A stretch of DNA of 64,000 nucleotides from an uncultured bacterium (GTDB lineage Bacteria > Spirochaetota > B62-G9 > DRHN01). A program made the translations under genes and the position numbers. Shown here piece by piece: positions 10,063-20,391 of the stretch. Every line of letters begins with the position of its first letter. Position 1 is the first letter of the stretch. The stretch spans positions 17,751 to 81,750 of the forward strand of contig CBFDDP010000001.1 of assembly GCA_965603595.1 (NCBI GenBank), read 5' to 3'. The notes below the pieces were generated by a model, which did not search any database, was not told the origin of the DNA, and was given only the letters and a program-made list of their open reading frames with translations.

Positions 10063-12099
10063 TCAAAATGAAATCATCGTATTGATGCCAAAGGAATCTA
10101 TTGGCCGCCACTGTTGGGCTGCATCGTCAAACTGATAGGTCCGTTTGACCCTGAGAGAAAGGGTGAGAAGCGGTGCCGCCTGATAGAAGATATCAGCCTT
10201 GAACAGGGTACTCTCATCAAAGGGCTCCTTGAAAATACTGCTGAAGTTGTCGCTCCGGTCATAGGTTATCTGTCCCCAGGTTTTTGGAAGGAGGCCCTCT
10301 TCCATCCTCAGGTAAATCTGACCCTCTTCGATGTTTTCTGTGCTGGTGCCGGTGTAGCGATTATACTGTCCATACCCGAGACCCATTGCAAGTTTCATAT
10401 CGAAGAGCCGCACACCACCTGACAGATAGAATCCGGAACTATCTGCACTTGTGTAGGAAGGATCATTCTGTGCGAGAATCAGGTTGAGAAGTTCCTGCTG
10501 ATAGGTCAGACGGTTGTTGTCCCAGTTGAAATCGATGATTCCCGGCTCGTAATAATCACGGATAAATCGGTATTCTGCACGGTAATCCACCATGGATATG
10601 ACTGTACCGGTCAGACCCAGTGCAATTCCAAACCCATCGAGAAACTCTATCTTACCCTCATTTACGCCGGTATCGGCAAGAGCCGGATGCAGCTCATTGT
10701 ACTGATAGCCCAGTTTCGCAGCATCCGCGTAGATCTCCATGGTGAAGGAGTCGAGCTGGGTAATTGGAAATCCCACGTCCAGGCCCACGATGAATATGCG
10801 GGGAAGCTGGTTTTCATCGGTTGTACCCGGAGGCCACGAGGCGCTGTTCGGCTTGGGCCAGTCGTGAAATATCGTTCCGCCAATGGAAAGGGGTACCTTG
10901 CCCCCCAGCGGTCGCAGGTACAATCTGGCCGCGGAAGTCTGAAGCCCCCTGTCGACATGCGCGACGAGGGTTTCGACGCCTACAATCGAGAGATCGGCAC
11001 CCAGCACTGCGCCGGTGCTCACCTCCTTCGGGAAGTAGAGCATGTTGGTGTAGTCGTTCACGATGAATCCCTGATGCAGCTTCACCCGCTCGAGGCCGCC
11101 CATTCTGAAGTAGAGGGGGTCGCCTTCCTCGCCATACCGCATATAGTAGATCTTGACGAGAAGATCATGAATTATGTCTTCAAAGTCTGTAAAATCCCAC
11201 TCATTCTTGTTGTGCCACTTGTTGAATGAGAAGAGGCCATTTTCCGGTAAGAATATGGCTGGAAGATAGAGTCCGACCCCGAACCTGCCCCTGTTGTACT
11301 CAGTCAAAAAGGCCCATCGATTGTAAAAAGCATCTTCGATTGTCAGGCTTCCAAAGGTCGCACCGAGACTGATTTTCCTTTCTCCCTTGTCAAAGGTGGT
11401 TTCAGGCTTCTCCTCAGGCTGTTCCTCCACGATCTCCTCCGCCTCTTCAGAAAAAGGGCTGAACTCCTCGTCCCACTCCTGCCATACTTTCTTGGGGATT
11501 CTGGTTGCCGATTCTGCAAGGCCGTCTGAAAGTACCGTGCTGAATTGCCCCTTTTTAATGACCTGGGGTTCGAAGGCACCTGTTATACTCTCGAGTGATA
11601 CAGAACCGTCGAATACAAGAACCTGCGCCTGTACGCCGTCAAAGAATATTCCGTAGGTGGTCCCGCGGACCCCTGCCAGTGCCGTTCCTGATCGAACATC
11701 AAATTCGGAATCCGATGTAGTGAGCTTGGCCACTGTTGCCTTCATCTTGCCAAACATGAGTTTGAATTTGCTGCGCTTTTTACCCGAATCCTCGTTGTAG
11801 GATATGTCCTCAATCTTGAAGACAGAGGTATGTGAGATCTTAACTATGCTTCCATCGTGGAGTGACAGCTCACACTGCCCGTCCCTCCCGGTCCTCACGA
11901 TGGTACCCTGAGGGAGCTGCATATCGAGCTCGGCAATCTGGAAATCTTCCACGTTGTTGTCCGGAGGGTTGTCGACATCCACGTTTCCCACAAGGTAGGT
12001 GATAACAGCGGGAATCTGCGTCATGCTCTCCTGTGCAAACCCGTACCCGAAAGAGAGGATACTCAAGAGAGCTACACCTATGTATAAAACCTTCCTCAT
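10063..12099 (-). CDS. predicted outer-membrane protein with N-terminal FecR-like domain. Likely start MRKVLYIGVALLSILSF at 12099 (RBS GGGGAGGAAG); ORF-track start is 12141.
   Basis: Signal peptide, FecR-like segment (VGNVDVDNPPDN ... IVRTGRDGQCELSLHDGSIVKISHTSVFKI). Y/N/D/G-rich C-terminal region ending in an aromatic residue (..NTMISF), as in beta-barrel OMPs. Confidence 0.6.
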   Translation of the reverse strand: MRKVLYIGVALLSILSFGYGFAQESMTQIPAVITYLVGNVDVDNPPDNNVEDFQIAELDMQLPQGTIVRTGRDGQCELSLHDGSIVKISHTSVFKIEDISYNEDSGKKRSKFKLMFGKMKATVAKLTTSDSEFDVRSGTALAGVRGTTYGIFFDGVQAQVLVFDGSVSLESITGAFEPQVIKKGQFSTVLSDGLAESATRIPKKVWQEWDEEFSPFSEEAEEIVEEQPEEKPETTFDKGERKISLGATFGSLTIEDAFYNRWAFLTEYNRGRFGVGLYLPAIFLPENGLFSFNKWHNKNEWDFTDFEDIIHDLLVKIYYMRYGEEGDPLYFRMGGLERVKLHQGFIVNDYTNMLYFPKEVSTGAVLGADLSIVGVETLVAHVDRGLQTSAARLYLRPLGGKVPLSIGGTIFHDWPKPNSASWPPGTTDENQLPRIFIVGLDVGFPITQLDSFTMEIYADAAKLGYQYNELHPALADTGVNEGKIEFLDGFGIALGLTGTVISMVDYRAEYRFIRDYYEPGIIDFNWDNNRLTYQQELLNLILAQNDPSYTSADSSGFYLSGGVRLFDMKLAMGLGYGQYNRYTGTSTENIEEGQIYLRMEEGLLPKTWGQITYDRSDNFSSIFKEPFDESTLFKADIFYQAAPLLTLSLRVKRTYQFDDAAQQWRPIDSFGINTMISF

Positions 12100-12118
12100 G
12101 GCATCTTCCTCCCCTGCG

Positions 12119-13453
12119 CTAAAATAGGAAACGTGTTTCAATGAAAGTCTGACTCACCGACTTTGCTATGGGTGTCACAGAATTTGGAGGATTAAAGGAG
12201 TGCTGTTGTATGAAAACGAGGCTCGCAAAATCGGTGACCCTGTATTCGAAAAGGGCTTCGAAGAGGCTGTTGTCGAGATCTGCGAAATCCTTGAAGCTCC
12301 CTATACCCTTTTTATCATAGGTGATGTGAAATCCTATCTTTTTCCATGCGTCTTCGGAAAGAACGAGGCCCGTCAAGATGCGGGGATCAACATCATCGGC
12401 AAGGCCGTCCTCCCAGTGAAAGTACAAGGTGAAAACGTTCCACAGGTTCAGGTCTGTGCCCACCAGGTACCCGAAATAACCGTCGGTGAATTGGTTGAGG
12501 TAGTCATATTTACCGGGCCGATCAACCCAGTAGAAGGGATCGAAATAGTGCGGTACAAATTGTTTGCCCAGATAGCGCAGTTCGGCAAGCAGGCTGAACC
12601 AGGTATACCGAAAATCAGCCCCGGCTGAAATACCGTTGCCCCTGCCCACAATGATACCCCAGTCAACGTAAGTCACCAGGTCCATGTCTTCTGATTGTAT
12701 GATGGGGAGTCCTGCATCGAGGCCAAAGGTAGTCACCGTATCACTGGCCGAATTGTCCTTGGGAGGACGGTTGTTCTTTGAGTCATACTCCTGCTGCGGA
12801 TCGAGATCTGCCACAACCGTACCGCCTAGCTCGAGCTGGCTTATCAGGGGATTGCTCATTCCGGCGAGAGGCCTGACAAACAGTCGGGCAGCAAGAACGT
12901 CCCAATCGAGCACATCATTGGCCACCGCTTCGATACCGAGGTATGGAAAATTAATAGCCTCTGCACCGAAGTCGAAGAGTAGGCCGCGCTGCAGAACGTA
13001 GGGATAGAAGAGGTTGTTGTTGAAGTTTTTCATGAGCATACCATACCCCATATAGTAACTGTCGAACTCGCCGATTCGCCCATATATGGGATCACCCTTG
13101 TGCGCATATTCCACGTACTGCACCTTGTACAGCCAGTCGGAAAAAGTAGTCCAGGTGTCCGCCTTGCCGTCCTTGTCCAGGTCCCTGAGGTTGAAATTGC
13201 CGTCGAACTCAAGGGTAAAATCAAAACCAAGCCGCCACTGGCCCCGGGAGAATTGCGGATAAAAACCGAGCTTCTGATAGCCCTCCTGTACCCCAACTAT
13301 GTCCTCGTAACTCGTCAGTCCTATAATGATACCCATGTCAAAATTCAATTTCTGCTCTTCCTCTTTCCGAGGGGTTTCATCTGCTGACTGCCCGTAGAGC
13401 AGTGAGACTGCCATACAGACAAGGAAAACGGTGATGAGTATCCTTTTTAACAT
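12119..13453 (-). CDS. predicted outer-membrane beta-barrel protein (hypothetical)
   Basis: Signal peptide MLKRILITVFLVCMAVSLLYGQSA. Amphipathic Y/F/D/N-rich composition. C-terminal F (..ETRFLF). Stop codon lies 20 nt upstream of the next gene's start, so it is co-operonic. Confidence 0.6.
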   Translation of the reverse strand: MLKRILITVFLVCMAVSLLYGQSADETPRKEEEQKLNFDMGIIIGLTSYEDIVGVQEGYQKLGFYPQFSRGQWRLGFDFTLEFDGNFNLRDLDKDGKADTWTTFSDWLYKVQYVEYAHKGDPIYGRIGEFDSYYMGYGMLMKNFNNNLFYPYVLQRGLLFDFGAEAINFPYLGIEAVANDVLDWDVLAARLFVRPLAGMSNPLISQLELGGTVVADLDPQQEYDSKNNRPPKDNSASDTVTTFGLDAGLPIIQSEDMDLVTYVDWGIIVGRGNGISAGADFRYTWFSLLAELRYLGKQFVPHYFDPFYWVDRPGKYDYLNQFTDGYFGYLVGTDLNLWNVFTLYFHWEDGLADDVDPRILTGLVLSEDAWKKIGFHITYDKKGIGSFKDFADLDNSLFEALFEYRVTDFASLVFIQQHSFNPPNSVTPIAKSVSQTFIETRFLF

Positions 13454-13581
13454 ACAATCCTCCCGGAGACCCTTATGAGTCTAGTATACAGCAGTAGATA
13501 AACGAATTCAATCAGTTACATGGAACCATGCGTGTTCGTCCCTGATAGAATAGGGATCATAAACATTAATATTATCGGTAT

Positions 13582-16500
13582 TTAGAAATAGATCTCCATC
13601 TTGAGGCCAAGCTCGAAACCAAGGGACGTCAGCAGGTTTCCGCTGCTGTAGTCGGGGGTTACCTTCTCTTCAACACCAAACTGGAACCTGGAAAAGGCGG
13701 TGAATATAAGGCTGTCGGTGATTTCATACTCCGTTTCATGTTCCAGGGTCAGGCGCAGGGGGATATTACTGAATCCTTCCGACTGCTCCCTCTCAGTAAT
13801 GGTATAAACATTCTCAATCGTCAGAACCTCCAGATTCTTGATTGAACTTTTGAACTCCGGATCCGGTTTCACAAAGAGAAATCCCTTTTTCGGGAATACC
13901 TCCCAGAGATAACTCAGCCTGAATTCGTTTTCGATCGTATCCGATGGCGGTACGAGAGCTACACTGGAATCGCTATCGGGAACACCAGGAATGAGTGCAT
14001 AGTCCGAGTCACCTTTATGCTGCCTCGTTCTGGTATACTCGACCTGGTCATATATCTTCAGGCCCTGAAACTCGGTACGCAGGGAGTTGTACTCGGTTGT
14101 CAGGGAGAAGCTGTTATTCAGTACTTTGGTATCAAACTGCCTTTCACCCTCATAATCAAAGGTCATCACTATGTTGTTCTTGAAGTATTTCTCGGCATGG
14201 GAGAGGGGTACGTTGTACTGGATGGAGGCTGTCCAGCCCCTGCTCTGCCTGTATGATTCCCCCTCCCTGCGTGTTTCCCCGTTTATGCCAAGGGTAACCC
14301 AACCTGGTATAAACCAACGGTCATACCCAAAGGCCACATCGAGAATATAACTGTTGAAGAGGGAGTTCACAGAGTTACCTGATATTTCAGAGCTGCCCTT
14401 GTAAATGTTCACGGCATCGTAATCCTTATCCCTTCCCCCGGGATGCATATAGTAAAAGGGGGGCATGAACATATACCTGTAGCTCTCCAGATACATATCT
14501 CTCCGGGTGAGAGATTCCGATACAGTCTTATAGTCACCCCTGAACTCGCGGCGCATCAGGGGAGTGACCTCGATCCTATCGATTCCAAGAAAGTAAAAGG
14601 GAATGGCCATCTCGAAATCGTGATTGTACACCGTATCCCGGTCTGCTTCATCAAAGGAGAAGTTCTTCTGAGAGTAATCAGTATCAAAGATCAGGTTGAA
14701 TCCCACAATCTTCATGAGGGGTATACTGATGTCCAACCCGTATCCGTCGGTTGTGGAAGCAAGTGTGCCGTTTTCGATGGTCTCGCCCACAGGCGTGAAA
14801 AGTGTGCTCAGGCGGTTGATATATGCACTGCCCCAGCTCTCAGCTTCAGGAACAGAGAGTCCGGTGTACTGCTGGTTCCGTAATAAATAGGTTGCTATGA
14901 TGTTACTGTTCCAGCTGAAGGATAGATCAAACCGGTCCTGCTGGTCCACAACGGCATCCTGCTCCCGCGTGGGATCCAGTGATTGCGAGGGTATGGTCTC
15001 ATAGGTGTCAGTGTAGAGCCAGAAACGATTGAAGGTGTACGCCTGGGACAAACCGAAGGGAAAATCGACCTGTTCTGAGAAAAGCAGCGAATCGTCATAG
15101 GCGGTCTGGTCATAGTGCTGATAATCGGTGGGATTGAGATCTATCTCTTTGCTGTTCGTTACATATCTGTCATAGGAATGTCTGATAGAGGGTATGTATG
15201 CATTATCGAATGCGAGCTCCAGGGTATGGGACTGCTGTGTACGATAGTCATCGGTGCTCAAATCGCCGGGTAAATCCTCCTCGTTTCTAATGGTGGTGAT
15301 GTCCTCCCGGCTCAGGTACACCTCTGTACCGAGCACTTTCAACAGATCAATGTCCAGACCCGTATAGAGACGGTCGTTCCGCTCATCAGTACTGGTATAG
15401 AACTTCCCCTCCTGTCGTTCAAATCCAAGCAGCAGCGATGGATTGCTTATGAGGGGAAACTCTGCAACCGAGAGCACATCTCCCTTATAGCCGAAGGTCC
15501 CCTCAGTGATAAAGGCCGTGTCAAAATACCCTTCACTGTTTCGCACGAACCATTCATCGAGCCAGATTTCCAGGGGCTGAGTTACATCACCGCTGTTGGC
15601 ATAGAAACCGAACTGAATCTCGGCGAGCCTGTTAAAAATTCGGAGATCACCCGATTTCGTCATGTTGATAACATCCTGGCCATTCAACTCTACCGTATAG
15701 GGCGATTTCAGATGGACATCGATGCGATTCCATCCCTGTACGATCTGTGATCCCGGGATGACAGTACGAAGCTCCTCATTCTGGCTGCTCACGAACGAGA
15801 GTGTGAAGTCCAAATTGGACGGCACCGTCTCGGATTCCGGAAGGTAGAGAAACATGGAGTAGTCGCCGTAGAAAGAGATATCCATTGGAATGGCGAAACG
15901 GCGGGCGACCGCTGCTTCCTCTCCCTGATCGAGCTGCGTCATTGCAGTGGGGTCAAAATAGACCTTCAGCACCTTCTCGACGAGATTGTTTCGGCTGCGG
16001 TAGGAAGCGTCCCCGTGGAGCTCGTCGTAGAGACCCGGATAATCCTTAGACAGTGCATGGTCATCAACATCGGGGTTCTCGTCCACAGATACTTCGCTGA
16101 TGTTGAGATAATCCTTGGATTCGTTCACCAGGCTCGAACCCGAAAACCAGATCCTGTTGATGACGACCTTACCTGTTACATCCTGAGCAGGAGGCGGATT
16201 AACCGTTGTGACGGTCAGCCGGAGAGCTGCAGCGCTCTGAAATACCTCCGGTTTACTCTCGATCAGGGAGAGTATGTCCACCGATAGATACCTCCAGCCA
16301 CTATTCCCGGTTGAAAACTGTTGTATATAGTCGGTCGTGTCACCCCGTATCAGCACGCCTGTATCAGGGCCTGTATCGAGTATGCCGTTCTTGTTCAGGT
16401 CCTCCGAATCTATGCGGCCGTTACTCGATCCCTCCCTGTCAGTACCGATGACTGTTGGATTCCCGTTCCAGGGTGTGATTGGAAAACCGGCATCATTGAT

Positions 16501-18909
16501 GGTATTCTCACCATCGGGCATGGGGTTCTGTGGGCGGTTATTGTTCAGGTCCTCGTCATACTCCTGAAGAAGCTCGACATAGATCTGTATACTGTCACCA
16601 GAAATATCCATTCCCTCGATGCTCATGTTGAACCGCTCATAGGCGGAGTAATTTGCATTGCTCAGGGGTATGGCAACCGACGCGTAGGGCTCGGTGCTGC
16701 CGGCGGTGAACTCGTAATCAATGACCAGCGAAGTGTCGGTACCACCAGTCGGCTTATCCGCCGCGTTGTAGGGTCCAGCCTTCTCACTGTAGCTGAACAC
16801 CTGATCTGAAGGGATATTCCAGGAAAGGGTCTTGAGCTCCGCGCTCCCAAAGGTTTTGTCTTCCCAGTAGTTCCTGTATAAAACATCGCCACGATCGCTC
16901 AAGCTGAGATCTATAGGAAATGCAGGTAATGATGTTTTAGTTGCCACTATCCAGTCCTGATCGTACAGGCTGATGTCGATTGTGAAATCGTCCCGCTCCA
17001 TGTCTGCGATGATGGCACTGCCGTACACGTTGTTGTTCGTCTGAGAAAAGGCAAACTCCCCATCGAAAATCGCGTAGAGACCCTCCTCATCCTCATCGGT
17101 AGCACCCAGGTTTACCATCACGCTTGTAGCGTTCGTCAGTGCTGCGGTATCCTCGCTTCCCACATCGGGCGCCTCGCGTCCCTTCAAGCCGGTCTCATAG
17201 GCTGTCAGGTTCTGTGCATAGAAAGGACCGTTTTCGTAATAAAATCCCAAAGCAGTGAAGAGGCCCTGCTCACCGGACCCGAAGCCGGTGTACCGGTATG
17301 TCGTGACAATTCTATCCGACGATTTGATCAGGCCAGGGTCAAAGGTGAGCATGCCGAACTCGTAATCGACCGTATAGTACTTCGGATCGAGGAGTACACC
17401 GTTCAGGTAGACCTCCACGCTTCCCGGAACGAGGTTGAAATCGAGGAAGTATATGTCCGTGTTGTAGCTGTATGAGATATGCAGTGTATTGATCGAATCT
17501 TCCGGTAGGGGATCCCCTACCCCACCATATATGGGATTCAAAGGATCAAAGGGATTGTAGACTGGATAGGGTTCAGGACCGGGAAATGGTCTGGGATAGA
17601 ATCCAACTGTGTCCTGGAAGTTGAAAAACAGCACACCCGCACTGGTATCGACCTCAAACTGATCCAATATGCTGTCGTAGTTCCTGTTTATGCCCTTATT
17701 TGCCGTTGCACGCAGCTCAATGTTCACATTGAACAGGGCCTCGCCCTCATACTCGTCCAGAAAATAACCGTTTCTGAGCTCCCAGTAGGAGTTAAAATTG
17801 TTTTTCTGCAGATAGAGGTAGGTGGTGCTTGTGCTTACGTCGAAATAGAAATATTCCGGATAGTTGTTGCTGTTAAAATTGTCTCGAGCCCCAGAGGTAT
17901 CGATGATCGCATCTTGACCGAGTGCAATGGCTCCCACACTCACCCCGCTTTTTTCGTAAGAGATGATAAGCTCCTCGTCATTCAGAAGAGCATTCAACAG
18001 GTAGATGCGGCCGCGTGTGTTGTCGAAGGTGTAATCTCGGCCCCGCGTGAGGAGTGCAAAGTTTTTCTCATCCACCATTACATCAAAAGATCCCGTTGCA
18101 GTCTTATACAACTCCAGCGTATCTTCGTCGATACCGATATCCGGTATAATGAAGAATTGATTTCTCACATATTCCACATCGAGAGCAGCAAACGCGACAT
18201 CGTTTCGCGAACCGCTGAACTCCTTTCTCCCCGACAGTGCATCGTTGAATCGGAGGAGGCCCTCCATGTGCAATTTCTCCCATCCCGCATTTCCCTTCAG
18301 GGCGAAGGAATCGGCATTCCCCTCATCAATCTTCAGGTACCTGCTGTCCTTGATGGCGAGTTCCTTGTTACCGACACTGACTTCCTTGATGAACTCGTCC
18401 TCCTTACCCCTGTACGATACCAAATAGGTATTCCGGTCTCCGCCGAGTTCCTCCTTTTTTCGCTCTGAGTCATAGTCGAATTCAATAAACAGACGGTCGG
18501 CAACAGACCCGGTGAGGAGAATGCGCGATATGAAATCATACCCGAAGCCGTCTGAAATTCCAGCTGTCCCAGCACCTGTGGTGCTACTGTTTCCAAGTGC
18601 AAAATCCTTTCCATAGAACATGTTCAGCTCGAGCTGTCCCTCGAGATTTACCTGTACATAACTGTCATCCTGAAGTTCACCATTGGCGAAGAGACCAGGT
18701 ATTGCAGGTTCATGGTCCCGGTAGGCATTGTACAGTAGAGGGCTCGTGTCCCTGTCCGTTACAAAGGGCAACGTATCCCCTGCATAGGGGCTGTACACGA
18801 TGTTGTAGTAGTCTTCCAGAATGTAGAACCTGGCAGCGGAGAGAGGTGTGGCAATGGTGAGTGTAATGATAAGAAGGGCTAATGCTGTGCCGATCCTGTA
18901 TTTACCCAC
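13582..18909 (-). CDS. giant (1775 aa) secreted protein, predicted outer-membrane beta-barrel/translocon-like, function unknown
   Basis: Signal peptide MGKYRIGTALALLIITLTIATPLSAA. Extremely Y/D/N/T/G/S-rich. No enzymatic motif. C-terminus ..GLKMEIYF with terminal Phe. First gene of a three-gene OMP operon. Confidence 0.65.
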   Translation of the reverse strand: MGKYRIGTALALLIITLTIATPLSAARFYILEDYYNIVYSPYAGDTLPFVTDRDTSPLLYNAYRDHEPAIPGLFANGELQDDSYVQVNLEGQLELNMFYGKDFALGNSSTTGAGTAGISDGFGYDFISRILLTGSVADRLFIEFDYDSERKKEELGGDRNTYLVSYRGKEDEFIKEVSVGNKELAIKDSRYLKIDEGNADSFALKGNAGWEKLHMEGLLRFNDALSGRKEFSGSRNDVAFAALDVEYVRNQFFIIPDIGIDEDTLELYKTATGSFDVMVDEKNFALLTRGRDYTFDNTRGRIYLLNALLNDEELIISYEKSGVSVGAIALGQDAIIDTSGARDNFNSNNYPEYFYFDVSTSTTYLYLQKNNFNSYWELRNGYFLDEYEGEALFNVNIELRATANKGINRNYDSILDQFEVDTSAGVLFFNFQDTVGFYPRPFPGPEPYPVYNPFDPLNPIYGGVGDPLPEDSINTLHISYSYNTDIYFLDFNLVPGSVEVYLNGVLLDPKYYTVDYEFGMLTFDPGLIKSSDRIVTTYRYTGFGSGEQGLFTALGFYYENGPFYAQNLTAYETGLKGREAPDVGSEDTAALTNATSVMVNLGATDEDEEGLYAIFDGEFAFSQTNNNVYGSAIIADMERDDFTIDISLYDQDWIVATKTSLPAFPIDLSLSDRGDVLYRNYWEDKTFGSAELKTLSWNIPSDQVFSYSEKAGPYNAADKPTGGTDTSLVIDYEFTAGSTEPYASVAIPLSNANYSAYERFNMSIEGMDISGDSIQIYVELLQEYDEDLNNNRPQNPMPDGENTINDAGFPITPWNGNPTVIGTDREGSSNGRIDSEDLNKNGILDTGPDTGVLIRGDTTDYIQQFSTGNSGWRYLSVDILSLIESKPEVFQSAAALRLTVTTVNPPPAQDVTGKVVINRIWFSGSSLVNESKDYLNISEVSVDENPDVDDHALSKDYPGLYDELHGDASYRSRNNLVEKVLKVYFDPTAMTQLDQGEEAAVARRFAIPMDISFYGDYSMFLYLPESETVPSNLDFTLSFVSSQNEELRTVIPGSQIVQGWNRIDVHLKSPYTVELNGQDVINMTKSGDLRIFNRLAEIQFGFYANSGDVTQPLEIWLDEWFVRNSEGYFDTAFITEGTFGYKGDVLSVAEFPLISNPSLLLGFERQEGKFYTSTDERNDRLYTGLDIDLLKVLGTEVYLSREDITTIRNEEDLPGDLSTDDYRTQQSHTLELAFDNAYIPSIRHSYDRYVTNSKEIDLNPTDYQHYDQTAYDDSLLFSEQVDFPFGLSQAYTFNRFWLYTDTYETIPSQSLDPTREQDAVVDQQDRFDLSFSWNSNIIATYLLRNQQYTGLSVPEAESWGSAYINRLSTLFTPVGETIENGTLASTTDGYGLDISIPLMKIVGFNLIFDTDYSQKNFSFDEADRDTVYNHDFEMAIPFYFLGIDRIEVTPLMRREFRGDYKTVSESLTRRDMYLESYRYMFMPPFYYMHPGGRDKDYDAVNIYKGSSEISGNSVNSLFNSYILDVAFGYDRWFIPGWVTLGINGETRREGESYRQSRGWTASIQYNVPLSHAEKYFKNNIVMTFDYEGERQFDTKVLNNSFSLTTEYNSLRTEFQGLKIYDQVEYTRTRQHKGDSDYALIPGVPDSDSSVALVPPSDTIENEFRLSYLWEVFPKKGFLFVKPDPEFKSSIKNLEVLTIENVYTITEREQSEGFSNIPLRLTLEHETEYEITDSLIFTAFSRFQFGVEEKVTPDYSSGNLLTSLGFELGLKMEIYF

Positions 18910-19148
18910 GTAACTATCTGCACTTCCGGCGCGCTATTCCAAATCGATCGGTTTTGCCATTGTGCTGGCATATTCAACTATATAGCATATCACTAGTTAC
19001 ACCTGTTCACAACCATTCTATATCGTTATGCACATCTTTGGAGACACTAAAAAAGGGGATAGCTCTCTTTATTCAAGCATAGTGGGGACACATCACTTAA
19101 TTCCACAAAAAAGGGGATACATCGCTTAAGGCGAGAGTAAAGGGGAAG

Positions 19149-19535
19149 TTATCCACGCAATTGGGTGTATATCTGACGGGCGAGTCCAAAGGCATCACTC
19201 TTCGCCATAACCTTGGCATACTCATCATACAGCATATCATTGAAGATATCCTTGGCCATGCTCTTACCGAAGAAATTGGTCTCCATGACCGTCTTCCGCA
19301 TGGTTTTCAGCATCTGCCCGACGAAGATCGATTCCATTTCGTAGCAGACGTCGAGCAGTTCCTTGTCAGGCATCCCCCCATGCCTTTCTGACTGTGCGGT
19401 TTCTGCCCCTTCGCCCCTCTTCATTTCAGCCTGAAGTATTCGCTCGAACTCTCCTGCCCTTCTGACCGGGTCCTCCCGGTTCTGCAGCTGGAAGATATCG
19501 ACGTTTACGGGTGTGAAATCCTGGATCTGAAGCAT
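19149..19535 (-). CDS. flagellar rod-binding (FlgJ N-terminal-like) protein
   Basis: 128 aa with a Rod_binding-type region (ESIFVGQMLKTMRKT ... FGKSMAKDIFNDMLYDEYAKVMAK). Directly downstream of flgG. Confidence 0.65.
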   Translation of the reverse strand: MLQIQDFTPVNVDIFQLQNREDPVRRAGEFERILQAEMKRGEGAETAQSERHGGMPDKELLDVCYEMESIFVGQMLKTMRKTVMETNFFGKSMAKDIFNDMLYDEYAKVMAKSDAFGLARQIYTQLRG

Positions 19536-19542
19536 ATAGCTA

Positions 19543-20337
19543 TTACCTCTTCAGTGCATTTGCCGTGGCAAGCATGGAATCAGACGTAATAATGGCCTTT
19601 GAGTTGAGTTCATAGGCACGCTGGGCAACGATCATATTCACCATCTCTTCGACGATCTGCACGTTTGACATTTCGAGAAATCCCTGCTGCAGCCTACCCA
19701 TCCCTGAGAAACCCGGTCTTCCCTCGATGGGAGGACCCGAGGCTGCACTTATCTTGACCAGGTTCTGACCGATGTTTTTGAGGCCGGCAGGGTTGACGAA
19801 ACGGTACATCTGTATCTGACCCACTTCTATGATTGCGTCATCACCGAAGCGCTTTACAGTCACGAGCCCGTCCTGGCTGATCGAAATATCAGAGTAGACG
19901 AATCCCTCAGGCATGATGATCTCCGGGCTCAGCTTATAGCCATTACTGGTTAACAGTTGCCCGTTTGAATCGATTTTAAAGGTCCCGTCCCGTGTGTAGC
20001 CGAAGCTACCGTCATAGAGCTGCACCCTGAAAAATCCCTCTCCCTCAATCGCGAGGTCGAGTTTGTTTCCGGTATTCTGTAGGCTGCCCTGGGAGTACAT
20101 CTTCTGCGTAGCCGCGGGCCGTACTCCGTGCCCCACCTGAACACCCGTGGGAACGAGTGTGTCACGGGTTGCAGGTGTACCTGCAGCCCGTATGGTCTGA
20201 TAGAGCAGGTCCTCAAAATCAGGCCTCCCCTTCTTGTAGCCTGTGGTATTTACATTTGAAAGGTTGTGTGAAATCGTATCTATGTTGAATTGCTGCCCTA
20301 TCATGCCGCTTGCGGCTGTCCAGAGGGATCTCATCAT
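19543..20337 (-). CDS. flgG: flagellar basal-body rod protein FlgG
   Basis: MMRSLWTAASGMIGQQFNIDTISHNLSNVNTTGYKKGRPDFEDLLYQ is a canonical distal-rod N-terminus. Conserved C-terminal AYELNSKAI region. Confidence 0.88.
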   Translation of the reverse strand: MMRSLWTAASGMIGQQFNIDTISHNLSNVNTTGYKKGRPDFEDLLYQTIRAAGTPATRDTLVPTGVQVGHGVRPAATQKMYSQGSLQNTGNKLDLAIEGEGFFRVQLYDGSFGYTRDGTFKIDSNGQLLTSNGYKLSPEIIMPEGFVYSDISISQDGLVTVKRFGDDAIIEVGQIQMYRFVNPAGLKNIGQNLVKISAASGPPIEGRPGFSGMGRLQQGFLEMSNVQIVEEMVNMIVAQRAYELNSKAIITSDSMLATANALKR

Positions 20338-20391
20338 TTTCTTAACTCCTTCCGGTATGCTGGGGGCTCACACTGCCCACAGAATCTCCCC

